The position numbers and the translations under genes are program-made. Positions 18,330-26,200 of a DNA stretch of 64,000 bases are shown here, piece by piece (position 1 is the first letter of the stretch; each line of letters begins with the position of its first letter). This stretch comes from a virus: IMG/VR virus record IMGVR_UViG_3300034109_001012; one strand, given 5' to 3'. The notes under the pieces were generated by a model. It saw only the letters and a list, made by a program, of their open reading frames with translations. It did no database searches and had not been told where the DNA came from.

Positions 18330-18375
18330 GTCCATCTACTTAGGTCTATCTCTAAAAAAATATTTTAGAAAACCC

Positions 18376-18404
18376 TTGACATATAGCCGTCTATCTACTA
18401 TAGT
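18376..18404 (+). promoter_or_regulatory. near-consensus promoter P2
   Basis: TTGACA-17 nt-TATAGT. Identical to P3 over CCCTTGACATATAGCCGTCTATCTA. Confidence 0.7.
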
Positions 18405-18435
18405 TATAAATAGTTAAGCAATAAGGAAAAACGCC

Positions 18436-18690
18436 ATGAACACCACTAAAATCGTCCATCAAGTAGTAATCACCCTCCGAGACACATACAGACACGCTCG
18501 GTTTATTGTGACCACAGAAGGCTCGGACATTATCATCTCATGGACTGACGGCCCTACAGAGGAATCGGTGATGGGGTTTGTGTCATACCTGAGCAAAAAT
18601 ATCAAGCCCAACCGAACCTATACAGAGCAACAGGAAGAAGCTGACATTTGGGAAAGCGTAGTAAATAACTACGCAAAAGCACACCGCTAA
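18436..18690 (+). CDS. small early protein, paralog family member a
   Basis: MNTTKIVHQV...IIISWTDGPTEESV. It shares the N-terminus and the (V/I)(T/S)W(T/S)xG core with the next two ORFs. Confidence 0.55.
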   Translation: MNTTKIVHQVVITLRDTYRHARFIVTTEGSDIIISWTDGPTEESVMGFVSYLSKNIKPNRTYTEQQEEADIWESVVNNYAKAHR

Positions 18691-18706
18691 AAATGAAAAT
18701 GCGCTA

Positions 18707-18743
18707 AACCCCTTGCCAGTCACGGTTAAGGGGTTTTCTTTTT
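18707..18743 (+). terminator. intrinsic terminator
   Basis: AACCCCTT-13 nt-AAGGGGTT followed by TTCTTTTT. Confidence 0.65.
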
Positions 18744-18781
18744 AGCTCGGATCTACCTTAAAAAGAATTTTAAAAAAACCC

Positions 18782-18810
18782 TTGACATATAGCCGTCTAT
18801 CTATTATGAT
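18782..18810 (+). promoter_or_regulatory. near-consensus promoter P3
   Basis: TTGACA-17 nt-TATGAT. Confidence 0.7.
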
Positions 18811-18842
18811 TAAGATAGTTAAGAAATAAGGGAACAAACACC

Positions 18843-19025
18843 ATGAACGCCAAATCAATCGCTAAAGAAGTTAAGTTTATCTTAGTCAATACCTACACTA
18901 AATCAGTATTTAAAGTCACATCTACAGGGTATTGTGTTGTAGTAACCTGGACGGGTGGCCCTACAGTTTACGAAGTCGGTCAAAGTGTTTTACACCTGGG
19001 TGATGTCAAACTCCACAGAGCATAA
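18843..19025 (+). CDS. small early protein, paralog family member b
   Basis: MNAKSIAKEV...VVVTWTGGPTVYEV. Confidence 0.55.
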   Translation: MNAKSIAKEVKFILVNTYTKSVFKVTSTGYCVVVTWTGGPTVYEVGQSVLHLGDVKLHRA

Positions 19026-19068
19026 GAATCAATACTTAACCACTTGAATCCCACAAAGGACAAACACA

Positions 19069-19284
19069 ATGAATACCACTAAAATCGTCCGCGACCTCAA
19101 AATTTCACTCAATAGCTTGCCCAACACAACTTTCACGATCCAATCAAACAGCAATAATGAAATTGATGTAACTTGGTCTAAGGGGGTATCAGAAGTGTTC
19201 GTAGAAGAATACCTCGCCTCCATAGGATACCCCGCATATCTAGCCAGCACGGGAATAGTTATTAAAATGATACGAAAGAATTAA
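19069..19284 (+). CDS. small early protein, paralog family member c
   Basis: MNTTKIVRDL...IDVTWSKGVSEVFV. Confidence 0.55.
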   Translation: MNTTKIVRDLKISLNSLPNTTFTIQSNSNNEIDVTWSKGVSEVFVEEYLASIGYPAYLASTGIVIKMIRKN

Positions 19285-19296
19285 GACTCATTACTA

Positions 19297-19333
19297 TCAA
19301 AAAGCCTAGGATTCAACCCCTAGGCTTTTTGAT
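19297..19333. terminator. bidirectional intrinsic terminator
   Basis: ATCAAAAA-GCCTAGG-ATTCAACC-CCTAGGC-TTTTTGAT. The loop nearly matches that of the 17053 terminator. Confidence 0.75.
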
Positions 19334-19335
19334 AA

Positions 19336-20910
19336 TTAATCCGGCATCCGCCCAATTAATTTAGGTTCAATTCCTGTTAGTTTCTCGAATCTTTGTAAGA
19401 TGATTTCAGAATACTTCTCGCTGAGTTCAAATCCTGCGACGGTGCGATCGCCTTCTAACTTTTCCCCTGCAATAATATCCGTGCCACTACCAAGGAAAGG
19501 GGAATAAATTACCCCGTCATCAGGTGAGCTACTTTTATAAATTCTGGCAATCATATCAACGGGCTTGGGTGTTGCGTGACCCCATCTCTCCTCACCTTGA
19601 ACTCTGGGATATTCCCATACATCGGTCATGTTTTCATGGGTGTTGTTGAAGTAAGCCCGTGTCTCGTACCATTCCCGTTTAAGGTCATCGTATTCCCGTT
19701 TAAGGTCATCGTATTCCCGTTTAAATGCTTTGCCTTTTGCTGCGTTTTGCAGAGCAATATAATCCTCCTCTAAAATAAGTCTGAACCCTCCTTTTGTAAA
19801 AGCAGATTGAGTCATGTTCTGTTTGCCACAAATCTTGTTACATTGTGCCGTTGTTAACCCTGATTTCTTGCGCTCATTGTCAAGGTATAGCCTGATTGTC
19901 TCCCATCCTTCCCAATAATTATCGGCATTATTATTAAATCCTTGTTCACCTAACATAAAGAAAAGCACAACTTCATAGCCGTGCGGGTAGCTTCTCATTT
20001 TGTCGCTACCAATCGGACTTCCACACGGACCTGCAGATGGTGGTTTATTCCAAATAACTTGACTTCTGAAAGTCAATCTTTCCGAATCTTTCAACCCGCC
20101 CGAATACCACAACCGCCATAAATCCTCAACATTTCCCCAAATATAGGCACTGGCATTATCAGCAACAGAACCCCGGCAAGCCCTCCACCATTTCATCTGA
20201 AAGTCATCTAGCTTATCTCGGTAGAGGTTATCATTCAGAACCCCGTCCTTTTCTTTACCCATGCCATAGGGCGGATCGGCGTGAATTAATGAAGCTATGC
20301 GATCGCCTAACAAAGCCCTAACATTCTTCTCAATAGTAGAATCACCTACAGCTAATTTGTGCCGCCCTAACTGCCAAATTTCACCCAACTTAACACGGCT
20401 TTCAATCTCATCTACCTTATCCAGAAGTTCGGCAATTTCTTCCTCGTTTTCTTCCCTCTGTTCAGCAACGCCAAAACTTTCACCTTTACCCAATGACTCT
20501 AATAATTCATTTAATTTATCATCAGGGAAAAACTCAGAATAATCTACCTCTTGAGCCAACTCCTCCAATATTTCATAATCCCATGTACTAAAATCAGATG
20601 CCGTATTATCAGCGATCGCATACTTTTTCCATTGTTCCTCAGTCAATCCTCTCCTTTTGACTGCAACAATAGTATTACCATCTACCTCAATGGTGACAAC
20701 CTTCTCAATCCCTAATTGACCCGCCTCCTCAAAGGTTCCATTACCCGCCCGAATCACGTCATTTTCATCGACAACAATACTTCGAGCTGCCCCAAACTGT
20801 TCTAACGATTTCCTAATAACGCTTGCTGATAAGGGCGTTCTTTTGCGGGCATTGTTAGGATCGGGAGTCAATTTGCTGATATCTGTCTCAGTAATTTTAG
20901 GTTTAGTCAT
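19336..20910 (-). CDS. ParB-like nuclease domain fused to N4/N6 DNA methyltransferase
   Basis: N-terminal LTPDPNNARKR...IVVDENDVIRAGNG is ParB/Srx-like. IHADPPYGMG is motif IV and SPFLGSGT is motif I. Confidence 0.75.
   Translation of the reverse strand: MTKPKITETDISKLTPDPNNARKRTPLSASVIRKSLEQFGAARSIVVDENDVIRAGNGTFEEAGQLGIEKVVTIEVDGNTIVAVKRRGLTEEQWKKYAIADNTASDFSTWDYEILEELAQEVDYSEFFPDDKLNELLESLGKGESFGVAEQREENEEEIAELLDKVDEIESRVKLGEIWQLGRHKLAVGDSTIEKNVRALLGDRIASLIHADPPYGMGKEKDGVLNDNLYRDKLDDFQMKWWRACRGSVADNASAYIWGNVEDLWRLWYSGGLKDSERLTFRSQVIWNKPPSAGPCGSPIGSDKMRSYPHGYEVVLFFMLGEQGFNNNADNYWEGWETIRLYLDNERKKSGLTTAQCNKICGKQNMTQSAFTKGGFRLILEEDYIALQNAAKGKAFKREYDDLKREYDDLKREWYETRAYFNNTHENMTDVWEYPRVQGEERWGHATPKPVDMIARIYKSSSPDDGVIYSPFLGSGTDIIAGEKLEGDRTVAGFELSEKYSEIILQRFEKLTGIEPKLIGRMPD
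19671..19724. repeat. 21-bp tandem repeat x2.6 inside the ParB-MTase gene
   Basis: ATTCCCGTTTAAGGTCATCGT is repeated. It encodes KREYDDL-KREYDDL-KREW. Confidence 0.85.
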
Positions 20911-21085
20911 AACTCAATAGTAGATAGGTTTCTAACCTATGTTATCTTGATAATACTGTTTAGCGACATTTACCGACATAAAAAAATTCAATATAGCTAA
21001 AATTGAAAAAGCTGTTGAGATTTTTCTTGATAACCCCTGGCTAAATGTTGTTGATTTAGCCGGAAAAGTTGGTGTATCTGAGAGG

Positions 21086-21481
21086 GTGATTAGATACTGG
21101 AAAAAACACCCCATCTGGGAAGAAACCAAGACTAGAATAATATATAAACGTGCGGAGGTTTTAGGGGCAATGTCTGAACAAGAAAAGATCGAACTTAGAG
21201 AAAAACTTTTAGAGCGACAACGTGAAATAGATATTTTTAGAAATGCTCTTAAAGAGAATACTGCACAGTGTTTCAAGGTTACAAACCAAGCCTATCGGGA
21301 TCTTACCAAAGACAATGATGCAGTTAAGGCTTGTGCTAAAGCTACAAAATCAGGTATTCATGTCCAATCTAAAAATGCAATGGATGGACTAAAAACAATC
21401 ATGCTGATAGATGAACACAGTTATCAACTCAGTATTATTATTGAAAACTTCGATGACTCCGGCGAAGATGACGAGGATTAA
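21086..21481 (+). CDS. terminase small subunit-like protein (start uncertain)
   Basis: It lies directly upstream of TerL. The frame is open from 20954 and encodes an HTH-like segment (NVVDLAGKVGVSERVIRYWKKH) that straddles the GTG at 21086. No ATG, GTG or TTG lies upstream in frame. Confidence 0.45.
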   Translation: MIRYWKKHPIWEETKTRIIYKRAEVLGAMSEQEKIELREKLLERQREIDIFRNALKENTAQCFKVTNQAYRDLTKDNDAVKACAKATKSGIHVQSKNAMDGLKTIMLIDEHSYQLSIIIENFDDSGEDDED

Positions 21482-21486
21482 TTATT

Positions 21487-23172
21487 ATGCTTCGAGCTAT
21501 TCAGAAGGGAGAACGACTCAAGAAAGAGTTAAAAGAAGCAAGGAAGCGACGGAGGCAAAAACGAACCAAGTCGGGTCATAATTCCTTAACCCGATTCAAA
21601 GATGACCCCGTAGGCTTCTCTCGGTTTATCGGAGTAGCCCCAACGGTTGATCAACAGCGATTCCTTGAGAGTGTCCGAGACAACCCAGAAACAAACGTTA
21701 AGGCAGCGCACGGGGTCGGAAAGTCTATCGGTTCGGCTGTATGCGTTCTGTGGTGGGTTTTCGCTGTTGACGGTTTGGCAATCACTACAGCGCCAACAGA
21801 GGATCAGGTTAAACAAATCCTATGGTCTGAGATACGAAAAATCTATGATCGCAACAAAGAAAAGTTAGGGGGAACCAGGGGGGAGCTATTTGTCAGAAAG
21901 TCAGAAACCGCCCGTGCTTATGGCTTTACCGCTCGCAACTATGATACAAACTCATTCCAAGGTAAACACGCGGATCGACTTCTATTAATTGCAGACGAAG
22001 CCGATGGTATCTCGGACATTATTGATGATGGGTTTCAGAGTTGTTTAACGGGGTCAAGTAACAGGGGATTAAGAATTGGCAACCCGTTGAATAAACAGTC
22101 GTCATTCTCAAAGGCTTGCGATCGCACTGCAATAACAATCCCTGCATGGAATCATCCCAATGTCGCCTGGGCATATCACCTAGAAGAAACCATAGACCCA
22201 TCGGGTAAAATTCGATTAATTCATAGACTAAAGCCATCGGTGGCACTACAACTTTTAGACTCAAATGGATTGGTCAAAACTCAAGATCAATGGCCCCCTG
22301 AGTTTCCCCGTGATGTCATCCCCGGCGCTATATCCCTTAAATGGATTGAGGAAGTTAGACAGGATAAAGGCGAGTTTTCCGTGTTTTGGCAGGGAAGGGT
22401 AGAGGGCATTTTTCCTGAAGATGTCATCGAGGGAATCATCCCCTCCACTTGGTTAAAAGCTGCAAGGGAACGCTACGACTTTAATCCTGAGTATTGGGAT
22501 AGACGGGCTATTATTTCACCTTGGAGGCTTGGCATTGATGTTGGGGATGGAGGGGATAGTCACGCCGTTGCATTATGGCGGGGTGATGTTCTGTATGAAG
22601 TAGTCTTATATCCCACTCAAGGGGATGAGCTTGATACAATTAGAATCGCTGATATTGTTGCTGAAAAGATTAGGAAATTAGGGGGTGCTTATTATGCGGC
22701 GGTTGATAAAACGGGCGTGGGTGCAGGGACATTAGCACGATTAAAACAGCAAGGTTTCTTGGTTAGAGGTTGTGCATTTGGAGAATCAGCCGAAAATAAC
22801 CACGAATTTTCCAACCGTAAGACCGAGCTATTTTGGAAACTCAGGGACGGGTTAAGGTTAGGGAAAATAGCGATCGCTCCTTTGGGAGATATTGAGGATC
22901 AGGTATTTGAGGATCTATCATCCCATCGTTATTCCTTATCGGGAAAAGGTGGGGAAGATAGACAGATAGCTTGTGAGAGTAAGAAGCACGTCCGGGCTAG
23001 ATTGAAACGTTCTCCCGATGCAGGGGACTCTGTAATCATTGGATCATCCTGTCCTAACCCTACGTTTTCCGATGGGGTGTCAGAACAGGATGTACTCAAA
23101 GAAAAAGTTAAACAACAGCAATTTAATCCAGAGGAGGTATCTGTTAAGAAGGTTAGAGATTTATTTAGTTAA
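21487..23172 (+). CDS. terL: terminase large subunit
   Basis: 561 aa. Walker A is AAHGVGKS and Walker B is LLLIADEADG. The C-terminal half is acidic-residue rich, as in the nuclease domain. Confidence 0.75.
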   Translation: MLRAIQKGERLKKELKEARKRRRQKRTKSGHNSLTRFKDDPVGFSRFIGVAPTVDQQRFLESVRDNPETNVKAAHGVGKSIGSAVCVLWWVFAVDGLAITTAPTEDQVKQILWSEIRKIYDRNKEKLGGTRGELFVRKSETARAYGFTARNYDTNSFQGKHADRLLLIADEADGISDIIDDGFQSCLTGSSNRGLRIGNPLNKQSSFSKACDRTAITIPAWNHPNVAWAYHLEETIDPSGKIRLIHRLKPSVALQLLDSNGLVKTQDQWPPEFPRDVIPGAISLKWIEEVRQDKGEFSVFWQGRVEGIFPEDVIEGIIPSTWLKAARERYDFNPEYWDRRAIISPWRLGIDVGDGGDSHAVALWRGDVLYEVVLYPTQGDELDTIRIADIVAEKIRKLGGAYYAAVDKTGVGAGTLARLKQQGFLVRGCAFGESAENNHEFSNRKTELFWKLRDGLRLGKIAIAPLGDIEDQVFEDLSSHRYSLSGKGGEDRQIACESKKHVRARLKRSPDAGDSVIIGSSCPNPTFSDGVSEQDVLKEKVKQQQFNPEEVSVKKVRDLFS

Positions 23173-23201
23173 TGATATAATACTTAATTATCGAAAAGAT
23201 T

Positions 23202-26200
23202 ATGTTTGACTCTGTTTTTTCTCCAAATCCTTCTGCAATATTCCGAGCCAAAACCCCCGACTACGTTAAACCCAAGTCGATAAAAATTAATCTGGATAGA
23301 TTAGAGAATGGCGGGGCTAATACTTTAACTGATGCTTTTAGTCGTGTGGTCTCCAAAGCATTAAAAGACTTAGACGGAGCAATTAAAACTAAAGACTCAA
23401 AGGCAATTGAAAACTATCAAGCTGTCTTAATTCCTGAGTTGACCAAATCAATTTACGGGATGTGGCTTGGGGGTTGGAACATCGGGCGGAAACATGGGGA
23501 TAATGAAATTAAGTCCCAACAGAAAAAGGGAACAAACACAGCCAACTTTGACGAGGATCTGCTAGACGCAGAATTAGCGTCTATAGAAAATGTCCCCGCT
23601 CAAAACGCTATTGCCAACCGTTCCAAGACTCTGGCTTCTGATATTTCCTCGACTCAATGGGGGAAAATTAGAGGGCATATCCTATCAGCAATTCAACCCC
23701 AATCCGAAACAGGGGAACCGATAAGCAGATCCGAACTTCTCAAGCGGATCAATTCGGAGTTAGGTGATAGAGGGTTTAAAAATCGCGCCGAGAAAATAGC
23801 CAGAACGGAGTTAACTTTTGCCTATAACGCAGGGAGATTACAGACTTATAAAGATTCTGGTTTAGTTTCCCATGTTGTATTCTTGTCAATCCTAGATGAT
23901 CGCCGTTGTCAGGTCTGTGAAGGTCGTCACGGGATGATGATTGACCTAAACGATATAGAGACTGTTTCAGCGAATACACCGCCGATGCACGTCAATTGTC
24001 GCTGTGTATTGAGTCCGAGACTGGCAACTCCTGACAATCAACAGGAGCTAGACGATCAAACCCAAGATTCCAAAAAACGTCGATTATTTGAAGCTCCTCC
24101 TAAATGGTTGGCTGCGGGTATCTTAGCGGCGATTCTATTGTCACAGAAAAAGGTACGGGTTCCGGGGTCGGGTGTTGCCACCCCAGGAATTTCAATTCCT
24201 TCTCCAGTCAGGGAAGCTGTTGAACGGGGTTTGGTTGATGTTGCTTTAGCTGCACAGATTCAGAAGATAGCCAAGGCAACGGGTGAAGTCCAGACAGCAG
24301 AACAGATCCGTCAACGACGCAAAAATCAAACCGAATCATTGCCGGATCAAGGTGTGATTGAAATTCAACCTAGATTAGTTTTGAATGGGGTTGAGCTAAA
24401 TAGTGCCACACCTGAACAAATTAGAGAGGGGTTAAAAGAGTTTTTACCCAAAAAACAATTAGATGATTTAATCAATTATTTACAAGAAAACAAAATTAGT
24501 TCTATTGATGATTTGTTAGAGGTTAAAGGTATATCTCGGAAAAGTAAAGCATTTAAAATATTGCAGGGTTTAGCTGATAAAGATAAACTCAGGATTGAAT
24601 TAGAAAAGCTAACCAGTCCCTCGGAATTGTGGTTAAAAAATTTAGGGTTTTCCCGCTCGGAATCCAAAGCAATTTTTGATGAATTAAAAAATAAACCTTC
24701 TGAGTCATGGAGTGATCTTAAACGCCGACTTAAAAAGCGTGGTATTTCCGGTGACCGGATACAGAGAGCTATAGACAAACTCAAATCAATCGAGGCACAA
24801 GAGAAACGTCAAGTTGTGGGATTAGATAATTCCGTCCCAATGGTTCCTGATGTGACCCTAGATTCTCCAGAGATTGCAGTTGGTAAACTGATTAAACAGA
24901 GAGAGATCGGATTACAACGACGACGTGAAGCATTGCAAGAAATTAAGGATCTAGGAATTGAATTAGCTAAAATTAGATCCGATGAGAAAAGATTTAACGT
25001 CCGTCTCCGTCGCATGAACAAACGGAATCCCAAGGAGTTCGTTTCACCCGAAGAAATTAGAATTAAAGAAATTAGATACGCTAGGGTTCAGGCAAAAATA
25101 GAACAAGCTCAAAAGAAAGCCAACGCCATCGGATTCCAACTTGAAAGAGCTAATTTGGCGCTTAATCAGTTAGATATCCCCAACCTCACCCCCGCTGCCA
25201 AACTACGGAACCAAGCCGTCCAAAACTTAGGAGACGAGGGTTCTACTCTGCTCGACGCTACCAATAGCTTAAAGGCTCAAATATCTAACGAGATAGACAG
25301 CCAAATGTCTAAAGGTTTTATCCCTCCTAACAAGAAAATAGCGGGGTTAGAACAAGCAAATAACCGGGCTAAGTTAATCACAGAACCCGTGTCTAATCTG
25401 ATTGAAAAAACAAATTTAGAAGATTTACGATCTAAATTAACCGCACTCCAATCCCACTACCAAAACCTATTAGATCCTCTCTACCCAGAAAACTTTTTCG
25501 GTCGTGATATTCAGAATGACTTAACCTCACTTCGTGCCGAATTAAAAAGAGTTAAGACCGAGATTGATGATGCTGTTAGCCTACTGAAAAGAACCGATCA
25601 AACCCTCACAGCTACAACTAATCAAACTGAGTCAATCTTAGGAAAAATGGGTTATCTAAAAACCGGAGCGCAACTAGAAAAGCAAGCCAAAGAACTTGAA
25701 TCACAGATATTGAATTGGGAGAATAGAGTTAAGAAAACTAGAAACTATGAGCAAACTTATGAGCCATTTAGTCAAATAGAGAGACAGCAACCACTAGATA
25801 AATTAATTCAAGATGCTACGGACATTAAAACTCAAGTCCCTAAGTTCAAAAAGGAGCTAGAGAGTAGATTTAGACCCGGATTAAATAATGCTAAATCAAC
25901 TATTTCCGATATTGCTATACAGACTAAAAAACTCGAACAATTACAGAAAGAAATTGACGGCATCCTAACTGATACCTCCAAACTTCCTATAACCAAAGCC
26001 CAAATTCCTAGTTCGGATGTGGGAACGTATAACGCGACAGTAGAGCTTAGAAAAATATCCCGTGAAATTACAGAGGAAGTTAAACGGTTAAAGGCGTTAG
26101 CTGGTGCGAGCCGAGTTAACCTTGATGAATCTTTAAAGTCACAAAATAAAACCTATCAGCAATACGAAAAACAACGGTTTGGGGACGAGCAAACCCCATC

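Noticed and set aside
15850-18850. Possible CRISPR-like array, suggested by the thrice-repeated ~30-nt sequence
   Set aside because: The spacing is irregular (about 2.5 kb and 0.4 kb). Each repeat contains a perfect -35/-10 pair and precedes an ORF. No cas genes are present. These are promoters.
19336-20910. ParB as part of a plasmid/prophage partition system
   Set aside because: The ParB-like domain is fused in frame to a DPPY methyltransferase. No ParA gene or parS-like repeat array is nearby.
20932-21276. 114-aa minus-strand ORF opposite the TerS-like gene
   Set aside because: It overlaps the HTH-encoding plus frame and has shadow-ORF composition. The plus-strand gene fits the TerS-TerL arrangement.
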